Under the pieces are notes generated by a model that was not told where the DNA came from, ran no database searches, and saw nothing but the letters and a program-made list of their open reading frames with translations. From contig NC_068991.1 in NCBI RefSeq assembly GCF_001194135.2, positions 15,737,208 through 15,773,655 of the forward strand: a stretch of DNA of 36,448 nucleotides, written 5' to 3'. The stretch comes from Octopus bimaculoides (taxonomy: Eukaryota). Below, in pieces: positions 21,721 through 32,604 of this stretch. Positions within the stretch are counted from its first letter, which is position 1. The number at the start of each line of letters is the position of its first letter. The position numbers and the translations under genes are program-made.

Positions 21721-22412
21721 ATATTACGTTTCTTCAAGGCAGCGAGCTGACAGAATCGTGAGCACAGAGAGAAAAATGCTCAGCGATATTTCGTCCATCT
21801 TTACGTTCTGAGTTCGAATTCCGCCGAGGTCGACTTCGTCTTTCATCCTCTCGGGGTCAAGAAAATAAGTACTAGTTGAACCTTGGGGTCAATGTAATTG
21901 ACTTACTTCCCTCTCACGAAATTGCTGGCCTTGTGCCAAAATTTGAAATCCATATTATGTTTCTTCAAAGTGGCGACCTGACAGAATCGTTAGCACGCCG
22001 GGGAAAATACTTGGCAACATTCCGTCCGTCTTTACATTCTGAGTTTAAATTCAGCCGCGGTCAACTTTGCTTTTCATTCTTTCGGAGGTCGATAAAATAA
22101 TTATCAATTGAGCTTTAGGATCGATGTAATCGACTTAGCCCTTCCCGCAAAACTTTTAGCCTTGTACCAAAATTTGATGCCAATATTATGTTTCATCAAG
22201 GCGACGAGCTGGCAGATTCGTTAGCACGCCGGGCAAAATACTTAGCGACATTTCGTCTGTCTTTACGTTCTGAGTTAAAATTCTGCCGCGGTCAACTTTG
22301 CTTTTCATCCTTTCGAAGGTCAACAAGATAAATACCAGTTGAGCACAGTGGTCGATGTGTATCGATTTACCCCTTCCCCGAACGTGCTGGCCTTGGGTCA
22401 AAATTTGATAGC
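21721..22412 (+). mobile_element. Tandem array of three SINE family A copies with a shared flank, 231-bp period
   Basis: The flank ATATTAYGTTTCWTCAA starts at 21721, 21952 and 22183, each followed by a SINE A. Confidence 0.9.
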
Positions 22413-22660
22413 ACTAGTACGTCTCTTCTACTTAATGTTGACCTTAAAACCAATTTTAATCCTCACTGATATTTTCCCCAAACAGTTCCTTTTCTTCTGC
22501 CTCCTTGATCTTATCTGTTTCTATTATTCTATTATTCTCAGGTACTTAGACCTATTCTCTGCAACATCCTATCTGGTTTTCCCTTTTACTGAGGAGTCTG
22601 GGTTTGACCATAAACAAAAGCAACTAAAATTGTTCATCTGAAACTGTTTCTTTCCCCAGT

Positions 22661-23050
22661 CATGGCTGCGTGATTTAGAAGCGTTCTTTCCAGCCGTATG
22701 GCCTTGGGTTCAATCCCACTGTATGGCACTTTGGAGAAGTGTTTTCTACTACAGCCCCGGATCACTCGAAGCCTTGTGAGTGGATTTGGTAGACAGAAAC
22801 TAAAGAAGTCTGTCGTATGATCTGTGTGTGTATCTTTGCGTCTGTATTTGTCCCCCACAGCTTGACAACCGATTTTGGTTCGTTCACGTTCCCTGTAAAT
22901 TAATGGTTCGACAAAAAAAAAACCCCGATAGACTAAGTACAAGACTTAAAAAACAAAGTAAGCACTTCGGTCGGTTTGTTCGACTAAACCCTTCCAGGCG
23001 GTGCCCCAGCATGGCCGCAATCCAACGCCTTGAACCGAGCAAAAGATAAG
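22661..23050 (+). mobile_element. SINE family E, full length
   Basis: Same head, CORE-like centre and tail as 17700-18012 and 36040-36410. Confidence 0.88.
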
Positions 23051-23118
23051 ATTCAAACCCAACATTTTTTTTTTACTTTAATCTATAGCTAAGTCATTTT
23101 TATTATTTCTTTCATAAA

Positions 23119-23290
23119 AGCGTCGGACAAAATGCTTAATGGCATTTTTTCTGATTCATTGCAGTCTAACTTCCGCCGATTTCGACTCTTTCTTCCATTA
23201 AGGGTCGATAAAATAAAGTAGCAGTCAAATACCAGGATGTGTGTAACCGACTAGCCTCCTCTCCTTGTGCCTGTAGCAGAAAGAATTATT
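23119..23290 (+). mobile_element. Degenerate SINE family A
   Basis: GGACAAAATGCTTA..GGGTCGATAAAATAA..CCTTGTGCCTGTAGCAGAAAGAATTATT. Confidence 0.75.
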
Positions 23291-23441
23291 TCTTAATTTT
23301 ACATTTTTACATAGTTTCATTCTTCTACCTATATCGCCAGGTGCTTTGGTTTTGAACTTATACACCTACCCCATTAATCTTTTTATCTTTCATAAATCTG
23401 ATAATATCTAAATACGTAGTTAACCGAAATTACAAACTTAC

Positions 23442-23560
23442 CAGAAATCGCTAGACACATATTCATATAGGACGGAAACTAAGGCTTAAATACGTCCAGA
23501 AGTTACCTACTCTATATATTTTTGTGTACGTAACACAAAATTCCGCCATGTTCAAAAATG
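23442..23560 (-). other. Candidate 5' exon of the minus-strand gene
   Basis: Consensus donor CTG/gtaagt at 23441 and AACATGGCGG (YY1/Kozak-like) at 23543-23552. The frame ending in phase 1 (MNMCLAIS) would join 18021-18090. The upstream ATG frame stops before the donor. Confidence 0.3.
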
Positions 23561-23744
23561 GTGATATATGCTAACACGTGCATTTTGAATAATAATCACG
23601 GTGAAACTGTAACATTAATGGTAGGGTAATTAACTTATACTGTTATACATACAAATAAGCCACGTTACATCGATACTCTGTTCTTCAAGTATCGCCTGAT
23701 ATTCTTCTATGTCATTAAAAACTAGTAAACATTACATATTGTAT

Positions 23745-23796
23745 GTTTGTAAGTAAGTATGTATGTATGTATATATGTATGTATGTATTATGTGTG

Positions 23797-23832
<36 letters not shown>

Positions 23833-23905
23833 TGTATGTATGCATGTAGGTGTATCACACACACACACACAAACACACACATACACACACATAAACACAC
23901 ACACT
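23745..23905. repeat. (TATG)n/(CA)n microsatellite cluster
   Basis: Direct read. Confidence 0.92.
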
Positions 23906-24899
23906 CACGTATCTTAGGAGTCATTTGGCTAATACAAACGCACTGGTTGGACTTCACTTTATAAATGTAGTCTCATGACAAGAATTTTGAGGAAAAATAC
24001 TACATACTCATACGTAGACATACACACACAAGCTCTCACACACACATATTTATTTGAATATAAAAATGTGCATGTATTTACAGAAGTATAAATTTGTATC
24101 TATGTATATATGTATGCACGTGCATATATATATATCTGTGTGTATACGTGTTTGTGTATATATATATATATATATATNNNNNNNNNNNNNNNNNNNNNNN
24201 NNNNNNNNNNNNNNNNNNNNNNNNNNNNNNNNNNNNNNNNNNNNNNNNNNNNNNNNNNNNNNNNNNNNNNNNNNNNNNNNNNNNNNNNNNNNNNNNNNNN
24301 NNNNNNNNNNNNNNNNNNNNNNNNNNNNNNNNNNNNNNNNNNNNNNNNNNNNNNNNNNNNNNNNNNNNNNNNNNNNNNNNNNNNNNNNNNNNNNNNNNNN
24401 NNNNNNNNNNNNNNNNNNNNNNNNNNNNNNNNNNNNNNNNNNNNNNNNNNNNNNNNNNNNNNNNNNNNNNNNNNNNNNNNNNNNNNNNNNNNNNNNNNNN
24501 NNNNNNNNNNNNNNNNNNNNNNNNNNNNNNNNNNNNNNNNNNNNNNNNNNNNNNNNNNNNNNNNNNNNNNNNNNNNNNNNNNNNNNNNNNNNNNNNNNNN
24601 NNNNNNNNNNNNNNNNNNNNNNNNNNNNNNNNNNNNNNNNNNNNNNNNNNNNNNNNNNNNNNNNNNNNNNNNNNNNNNNNNNNNNNNNNNNNNNNNNNNN
24701 NNNNNNNNNNNNNNNNNNNNNNNNNNNNNNNNNNNNNNNNNNNNNNNNNNNNNNNNNNNNNNNNNNNNNNNNNNNNNNNNNNNNNNNNNNNNNNNNNNNA
24801 TATATATATATATATATATATATATACGTATACATGCATATATATATATATATAAATTTAATGAATGGAGTAAAACGCATATTTTAACTGCATACTTTT

Positions 24900-24987
24900 A
24901 TTTCCGACATATGTTTCGAAGAATTACAATTTATGCGATCCATAGGAATCGGCGATGTTAAAAATGTAAACTTCTCTTCAGGGAAAT
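24900..24987 (-). ncRNA. Type I hammerhead ribozyme
   Basis: Minus strand: AUUUCC-CUGAAGA-GAAG-(49 nt)-CUUC-GAAA-C-AUAU-G-UC^GGAAAU. Perfect core, 6-bp helix I, 4-bp helix II base, helix III with palindromic loop, GUC cleavage triplet (cut between 24906 and 24905). Confidence 0.82.
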
Positions 24988-25269
24988 GTATGGGGACCAG
25001 CTTAAACTATAGTTAGAGAAGGTTATAACGTAATTTATTTGAAAAGACCGTTGGAGATTAGGACGCTACCAGAGAGTACGTTGGACAAGAAGGGGAGAAA
25101 AGAAGAAAAGGAAAAAGAAAAAAGAAAGAAAATTCAGAGTGTAGATTTGGGAGAAAATAGGATGATATAAATCCGATAAAAATTGGAGAGAAATGTTATG
25201 TAATAAAAAGGGATCGTAAATGGGGTTAATCTTGTGTTTCTACAAGAATACTGAGATGAATGTATATAA

Positions 25270-25468
25270 TCATTTATACTTATGTGTATGCGCATATATA
25301 CACACAAACATACATATACTCGAATAAATTCATATATGCATACATATATACACACCTACGTATAAACCCACACATACACACATACACACATACACACACA
25401 CACATATATATAAAAATATATACACATATATATACATATATACACACATCCATATCCATATACATACA

Positions 25469-25522
<54 letters not shown>
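25270..25522. repeat. (TA)/(CA)-rich compound microsatellite
   Basis: Direct read. Confidence 0.92.
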
Positions 25523-26221
25523 NNNNNNNNNNNNNNNNNNNNNNNNNNNNNNNNNNNNNNNNNNNNNNNNNNNNNNNNNNNNNNNNNNNNNNNNNNNNNN
25601 NNNNNNNNNNNNNNNNNNNNNNNNNNNNNNNNNNNNNNNNNNNNNNNNNNNNNNNNNNNNNNNNNNNNNNNNNNNNNNNNNNNNNNNNNNNNNNNNNNNN
25701 NNNNNNNNNNNNNNNNNNNNNNNNNNNNNNNNNNNNNNNNNNNNNNNNNNNNNNNNNNNNNNNNNNNNNNNNNNNNNNNNNNNNNNNNNNNNNNNNNNNN
25801 NNNNNNNNNNNNNNNNNNNNNNNNNNNNNNNNNNNNNNNNNNNNNNNNNNNNNNNNNNNNNNNNNNNNNNNNNNNNNNNNNNNNNNNNNNNNNNNNNNNN
25901 NNNNNNNNNNNNNNNNNNNNNNNNNNNNNNNNNNNNNNNNNNNNNNNNNNNNNNNNNNNNNNNNNNNNNNNNNNNNNNNNNNNNNNNNNNNNNNNNNNNN
26001 NNNNNNNNNNNNNNNNNNNNNNNNNNNNNNNNNNNNNNNNNNNNNNNNNNNNNNNNNNNNNNNNNNNNNNNNNNNNNNNNNNNNNNNNNNNNNNNNNNNN
26101 NNNNNNNNNNNNNNNNNNNNNNNNNNNNNNNNNNNNNNNNNNNNNNNNNNNNNNNNNNNNNNNNNNNNNNNNNNNNNNNNNNNNNNNNNNNNNNNNNNNN
26201 NNNNNNNCTTTGCTCGTATTA

Positions 26222-26617
26222 AGGCGGTGAGCTGGCGTGAAATACTTGGCGGTATTTCGTCTGCCGTTACGTTCTAAGTTCAAATTCCGCCGAGGTCGAC
26301 TTTGCCTTTCATCCTTTCGGGGTCGATAAATTAAGTACCAGTTACGCACTGGGGCCGATATAATCGACTTAATCCCTTTGTCTGTCCTTGTTTGTTTCTT
26401 CTATGTTTAGCCCCTCGTGGGCAATAAAGAAATAAGCAAAATGCTTAGATGTATTTCGTCTGTCTTTATGTTCTGAGTTCAAATTCCTCCTGGGTCGTCT
26501 TTGCCTTTCATCCTTTCGGGGTCGATAAATTAAGTACCAGTTGCGTACTGGGGTCGATCTAATCGACTGGCCCCTTCCCCAAAAATTTCAGGCCTTGTGC
26601 CTAGAGTAGAATAGAAT
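26222..26617 (+). mobile_element. Head-to-tail dimer of two SINE family A copies with different tails
   Basis: 26222-26435 ends ..GTTTAGCCCCTCGTGGGCAATAAAGAAAT. 26436-26617 is 5'-truncated and ends ..CCTTGTGCCTAGAGTAGAATAGAAT. Confidence 0.88.
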
Positions 26618-26789
26618 TTGGAGAAACTGCTTCAATCGTTTTTGAAGTTTTTTTCTTGTCAATTCAGTTTTTTTTTTTTAATTTTCATCGGAATTCTAAC
26701 AGTTGCAATTTTTTTTTCAAATTCCTAGCGGCTATGTGGTTAAGGAGTTTATATTGCAACTACGTGACTTTATGATCAGTCCCACCAAT

Positions 26790-27180
26790 AATTATGAAAT
26801 ACCAGTAGAAAAATGGTGATATAGATATGTATAAAAAAAAGATCGCAGAGAACGGCAATGTGACCGTACTCTAAGAAATATTGATCCATACAGACAAAAG
26901 CGATCAAGAATATTCCCACGGATATTGTTGTCAAAAGCCATCAGAAAACGAGAAACTTCCTAATCGAAATTGTTAGTCTCAGCTAGATGATAATCTGTCT
27001 CTAGAAGAAGTGGAGAAATTATCTAAATAATACATCTTAAAATGGATGTAACCAGAGTGTGAGGAATGAAAGAGAAAAAAGGACTTATAAATATGTCCGA
27101 CATCTGAAGCAGCTGGAGGCACGATAGTTTAACCCAAAAGAACCGGTTATTGCCAGAAAAATTAAGTATTAAAGAAAATG
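26790..27180 (+). pseudogene. Second, much older R4/Dong endonuclease-domain relic
   Basis: YEIPVEKW*..AENGNVTVL*..IHTDK..PTDIVVKSHQK..FLIE..DNLSLEEVEKLSK..KMDVTRV*GMK parallels the 3640-4047 translation. Confidence 0.62.
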
Positions 27181-28035
27181 CATTTGGCCAAATTTGGACA
27201 TACAACAATTTAACATAATAGCAATGATATGTTCTACTAAAAAGAGATCTATATTATATGCTGTCACCTAGGACAAAAATAGGACAACCCACTAAACACT
27301 ATAGGCTCTTTGCTATGAAATTAAAATTGGAACCGTCCGCCCACACCAAGATCATCTACCTCTCCCATCGATTAGTAAATTTACTGCTGGACAGTATTTC
27401 TCTCTCCACCCTCGTTTCCTTTTGAGATAAAAGGCTAAGGACGGCCTGGCCTTAGAGGAAAGTAACCTCGCAATTTTCCTCATTTGCTACAAGGCACAGA
27501 AAAATTACTTGCCGTTCCTTACCAAACGAAGACGTCCTTAGCAATATATAGAAGGAATTTGACAAGACAACATATCAATTACCACTAATATAAATTAGTT
27601 GAATTCCTTCTTCTATGTTTGGGCTCTCTAAGTACTTGAAATACTAGGTTAAATAAATAATAAATTGTTAAGATAGGCGTCACCAACGTAGAATAGAAGA
27701 CCAAAAAGCTAAATTAAAACACAGGATAGACACTTTCCATAGTGAATAAAATAAGATAACCTAAATGTTGCTGATAATCCTCCTATGATTATCTATGATC
27801 TTTAGAGAAAAGCATGATATGTAAATAAATGTACAGTACATAAATCTCGAACAAACACAGCAGACATTGAAATCCTTTGCAACAAAACATGCCTTAAGTA
27901 TCATAATAGGTTGTAAAAAGTACAACCTGAAGGAAAACTGGCTCTTTCAAAATTAAGCTTTTGAAAATAATTCCTTAAAATGTTATAGGGCAGAATGTGC
28001 TAAGAATATAGAAATACATCAATGTAGAAACGTCA

Positions 28036-28275
28036 GGCGTGGCTGTAAAGTAAAAAGTTTGCTTCCCAACCACAGCGAGGCAACTTGGGCAAGTGTCTTC
28101 TACTATAGACCGGGGTCAACCAAAACCTTGTGAGTGGATTTGGTAGATGGAAACTGAAAGAAGATATTTGTGTGTTTGTGATTTTCACATGCATAGGGTA
28201 CCCATGATCACAATTACCTAAGGTGCTGTTTGTTCCCCTCTGTGTCCAGCCTCCTGTAGGCAATAAAGAAATACT
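28036..28275 (+). mobile_element. SINE family E head and core followed by the GCAATAAAGAAAT-type tail
   Basis: AGGCGTGGCTGT..CTTGGGCAAGTGTCTTCTACTATAG..; its 3' end resembles 26375-26432. Confidence 0.75.
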
Positions 28276-28304
28276 CAGCCAGATCGCTGCCTTCTTTCAA
28301 AGAA

Positions 28305-28527
28305 TTATATTCTTTTCTACTCTAGGCACAAGGCCCGAAATTTTTAGGGAGGGGGGGCAGGCGATTAGATAGACTCCAGTACGCAACTGGTACTTAATTT
28401 TTCGACCCCGAGAGGAAGAAAGGCAAAGTCGACCTCTGCGGAATTTGAACTCAGAACGTAGTGACGGCCGAAATACTGCTAAGCATTTCGTCCTGTGTGC
28501 TAACGATTCTGCCAGCTCACCGCCTTA
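28305..28527 (-). mobile_element. SINE family A, full length
   Basis: Reverse complement AAGGCGGTGAGCTGGCAGAATCGTTAGC..CCTTGTGCCTAGAGTAGAAAAGAAT. Confidence 0.9.
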
Positions 28528-28558
28528 ACAATAACAGCAATAACAACAACAACAAATA

Positions 28559-28620
<62 letters not shown>
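28528..28620. repeat. (AAC)n/(GAT)n microsatellite
   Basis: Direct read. Confidence 0.95.
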
Positions 28621-29223
28621 AATTTCTAAAAATACGATTTAGATGGTGTAGATTACGGTTACGTTGAAATTTGATTTTGTTTTCTCATACCTTTCAGAAA
28701 AATAGTTCTTTTTTTTTTTCTAAGGAAATTGTCTACAAATAACTATCAGATGGTTTGGATTTCGATTAGATAGGAATTTGATGTTAGAAAGTGGCCGGAT
28801 ATTATTTCACGCATCTCGACTTTGTTTATCTAATTAGTTTTTGGTGATTTAATTACAATTATATAGAAAAAGAATTACTTTTGAGACCCATGTGATCCTT
28901 ACTATTTCCAGCATGCTAAACGTCCACGTAGAGACGGACTAGCTTTCAGTTTGTTCGAAAGAGATAGATTAAGATTACGATGAAATAATGAAAGAAATAC
29001 GTATTCAATAATAAATGTTAATATTGTACTCATCTTTTTCCGAAGGTTTAATTCAAAGAATTTTTCAAGAAAAGGTGAAATGGTCTTCAAAAATGGTTTT
29101 TTTAAACATAAATGTAATTAAGTCGGCAAAAAGTAAAAGGAAAACAAAGCAGAGATGCGTGAAAACTCCCCCTCTCCATTCTTTCCTACTCAGCTCTTAT
29201 ATAATCGTTATTTATACAACCTA

Positions 29224-29612
29224 AAAGGTATTTGTAGCAAATTTCATTTAAAAAATCCTAATTTTTCTGAAAGCTATGTAAAAGTAATTTCGAGGCCTGT
29301 TAATTATCCGAAATTCATCTCTCCCCCGCCATCCTTGAAATATATTTTTCACAACAAATTCCGTTATAAATGTAAACTACTTCGTGTGAAAGGTATTTGT
29401 AGAAAATTTCACTAAAAAAATTCCTGTTTTTCTGAAAGTTATGAAGTAAATTCTAGGCGTGCGAATTATCTGAAATTCCTCACCCTCACTTCCACGCCAC
29501 CGTTGAAAAATATTTTTCACAATAAATTCCGACATAAGAGTAATCCACACTATCTGAAAAGTATCTATAGAAAATTTCAAAAAAAAAAAAGAAAATTCTG
29601 AAAGTTATGAGA
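29224..29612. repeat. Degenerate tandem repeat, 165-168-bp unit, about 2.4 copies
   Basis: AAAGGTATTTGTAG recurs at 29224 and 29389, with a variant at 29557; internal blocks TTTTTCTGAAAG and TATTTTTCACAA also recur. Confidence 0.85.
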
Positions 29613-31280
29613 GAACAAAATCGGGAGTAGGGGTATAATTGTGTAGGTATGCCCAACTGACTTAAATAAAAGCCAGTTTTCTTTTTCAGCTCTCTTCAAT
29701 GACACTGAAGACAATATGAAAACACTATTTTTTAGCTGAAGCTGGATTAGGCTTATAATTTATAGAAAGTAGCGTTGTAAATATTTGGGTAACCTTTATA
29801 TTGCTAGATGTATACACAGATATTATATAAAAAAAACCGTTAGATTTGCGATTGAAGCGTGTACTTGAAATATTCAGTAATAACAGAAATTTAAAAACCG
29901 CATTATGATAAAAATCTATTATAACTGGAATTTATAAAAATTTTCCAGATAGTCTATACTTTAATAATTGCTTTCTTCTAGTAATAGTTGCATAATCCCA
30001 AATAATTAATAAGCAGCTTTCTTTATTATAGTACAGATGGCAATTGATGCTGTGAAAATACACAAGAAGAATGTATCATGTTTGAAACGGCTACAAGAAG
30101 GTAACGAGCACATTAAAATTCTGGAGGCCTAAAAATTTGATAGGAGCAAAGGTTTATGGTACGACGAAGAATGAAGGATGTTAAGGTTTAAGGCACTACA
30201 ACGAAAAAAGGATGTTCAGGTTTAGGGTACTACAAAGAAAGAAGGGCGCTAAGACATATTTGCCCTTTCCTTGTTATGGAAGACCCAGAATTATATACTG
30301 CAAGTACCCCTCGGCTTGAGTTTCTTCAGTTAAATAGCTCAATAATCGTATTAGAATATCATTGAGATTGGGGGAAAAAACATTTAAAAATACAATAATG
30401 AAACGAGACAGGCTTGCAGCTCGGTAAGAAAATTTGGAGTTTTACAGGGAGGAGATGTTGGGTTTTTCTTTAATTTTGTTGATATTTGGACCTAAATGAA
30501 ACTAAAATGATGTATATCGAATCTGTGTGAATTTTTGTATTTGCTTTTTACTTGCCGGGTCTGTAGAAAGAGGCAGCACCTATCACCTTTTCAGGACCCC
30601 GTTCCCCGAAAATAATGAAACCGATGCCGTTAATGTTCCGTTTAAACTACTGCAATGAAAAGACATGAAGCAGAGAAGACAGTCTGAAGGCCGGTGTTCT
30701 AGGAAGAAACAGTTGAGCTTAGTGGTCAGTGCAAAACCTGGTGGTGGTGGTAGTGGTGGTGGTGGTGGTAGTTACAACAAAAGTGACGAGAGGAGGGGTG
30801 GGGAATAGTTCGGGAGGATCTGAGTGAAGGAGGTGCAAAACCAGCCAGCTCTGAGAAATAGACCAATACGGTAGTCGTAGAAAATGTAGAGAGAATATAG
30901 TAGAATTGTGAACCAGATAGTAAAGTGTGCTGTAAATATGTTCGAGTTATGGATATTTCGGCGGTCATTGAATTCTAAAAACTAATTTGGATTTTAAAAT
31001 TTACCAGTATTATTAATATATATATGCAGTACCACCTTTAGTGTATAGCAGAGTACATGATATAGTGGAATATAACGGATGTAGAATTTAGAGGTCGTAG
31101 CAATAGGAATCTTCCTAAAACAAGGTCACATATTACAAAATGTCAGGTATCCAGCGACTATATACTCCAGGAAGAGAAGGAAGTACAGCAGTATTGAGTG
31201 TTATGAAGAATTCTTAGAACACAGCTATCAATAAGGCTTCCTGAGTTTTCAATAAAAAAATTTCTTTTTCCAGTAGGGTA

Positions 31281-31333
31281 GTTTGGACTGATGAGACATA
31301 CAATGCGGTCGAAACACCACAGTATCTCGAAAT
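31281..31333 (+). ncRNA. Minimal type I hammerhead ribozyme
   Basis: UUUGGA-CUGAUGA-GAC-(10 nt)-GUC-GAAA-C-ACCACA-G-UA^UCUCGAAA. Intact core and GUA triplet. Helix I is imperfect and helix III is 2 bp. Confidence 0.65.
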
Positions 31334-31544
31334 CCCCCTATATCAGTTAATCGCATGTGTTATAAACACACATTGCCTAAAGGGAGGAGGTATTCTTCGG
31401 TGGCGAAAAACAATAGTAATCAGTTACTAACGCTCGAATCTGCCAGAACGTATTGAGAAAGAAAAGAAATATATCAGGATCATACAAAAGTCTAGTAAAC
31501 TTATCACAGCAATTCTAAGAAACTGTATTAAATTTCAATTAAAT

Positions 31545-31670
31545 GTGTATATATATATATATATATATGCGTGAGCGAGCGCGCACATACACATACACAC
31601 ACACTCACACGCACACACACACCTATCTTTCTCTCTCCCCGCCTCTCTCTTTCTCTCTCTTCTCTCTCAT
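31545..31670. repeat. (TA)/(CA)/(CT) microsatellite cluster
   Basis: Direct read. Confidence 0.9.
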
Positions 31671-31945
31671 ATATTGTTTCCAAACTATATTAGTTGCAAT
31701 AACTAGTGTATAGGTCAGCAAGCATATCAGAATACAAAATACTTTCACGATCTTAATGCCGTGGAACTGTGGCAGTGAAAAGGTTACAGAAGTGTGATGA
31801 AACGCTTTGACATTTCTATTAAATAAACAAAAGTTAATGTAAAAGTTTCTACGTGTCCTTAAATGGCTAAACTGACACTTCTATGATGTAATAGTTTCAA
31901 TTTCAACACTAATACATCAAGTCATTTCTAAAATAGGTATAACTA

Positions 31946-32163
31946 CCGTATATGAAAGTGTATAAGACGGACTTTTTTTATCCTTAAATATAACAAAAAA
32001 ATTGCCATGCGTCAAATGCAGCCGTATTACAGATGAGAGACTGGGTGTACGGCGAAACAGATTTGTTTTTTGTTTTTGCTTTTTGTTTTATTCTTTTCAC
32101 AAAATAAATGTGTAGGGTGCGTCTTATACCAAAGTGCGTCTTATACCAAAGTGCGCCTTATAT
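31946..32163. mobile_element. pogo/Tigger-like MITE relic with an internal 17-bp tandem repeat
   Basis: Left end TA-CCGTATATGAAAGTGTATAAGACG. The right side has GTGCGTCTTATACCAAA about 2.7 times (32117-32162), the inverted form of TATAAGACG. Right terminus eroded. Confidence 0.55.
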
Positions 32164-32221
32164 GAGATCTTGAGCTGAAACAGAAGGCAAATGCTGAACT
32201 AACTATAGTGCATGATTATGT

Positions 32222-32604
32222 TGTTGGCACTCCGTCGCTTACGACGTCGAGGGTTCCAGTTGATCCGATCAACGGAACAGCCTGCTCGTGAAATTAACGT
32301 GCAAGTGGCTGAGCACTCCACAGACACGTGTACCCTTAACGTAATCCTCGGGGATATTCAGCGTGACACAGTGTGACAAGGCTGGCCCTTTGAATTACAG
32401 GCACAACAGAAACAGGAAGTAAGAGTGAGAGAAAGTTGTGGTGGAAGAGTAGAGCAGGGTTTGCCACCATCCCCTGCCGGAGCTTCGTGGAGCTTTTAGG
32501 TGTTTTCGCTCAATAAACACTCACAATGCCCGGTCTGGGAATCGAAACCGCGATCCTATCACCGCGAGTCCGCTGTCCTAAATCACTGGGCCATTGCGCC
32601 TCCA
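32222..32604 (-). mobile_element. SINE family B, full length, with TSD
   Basis: Reverse complement matches 5508-5890. Exact 10-bp TSD ATGATTATGT at 32212-32221 and 32608-32617. Confidence 0.92.

Larger units (their letters stand above)
503..26207. other. Nine assembly gaps within this span: 503-792, 3253-3262, 9318-9714, 10539-10737, 13032-13902, 14963-15825, 21010-21038, 24178-24799, 25523-26207
   Basis: N-runs read directly; most abut (TA)n, (CA)n, (TACA)n or (GATA)n microsatellites. Confidence 0.98.
27500..31340 (+). mobile_element. Highly decayed, interrupted Penelope-like element (RT, GIY-YIG remnants, terminal hammerhead)
   Basis: Collinear faint motifs: KLALSKL..NNSL (about 27930, resembling the pre-ADKG region), TDI..KKP-like (about 29815), and CxxC/GIY-YIG-like and S-HI-x-KC-like remnants (30980-31240), followed by a hammerhead at 31281. 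Boundaries uncertain. Confidence 0.42.

Noticed and set aside
458-26349. Long ORFs in the track containing X runs or YIYI/CVCV/THTH repeats
   Set aside because: They are artefacts of N-gaps and microsatellites.
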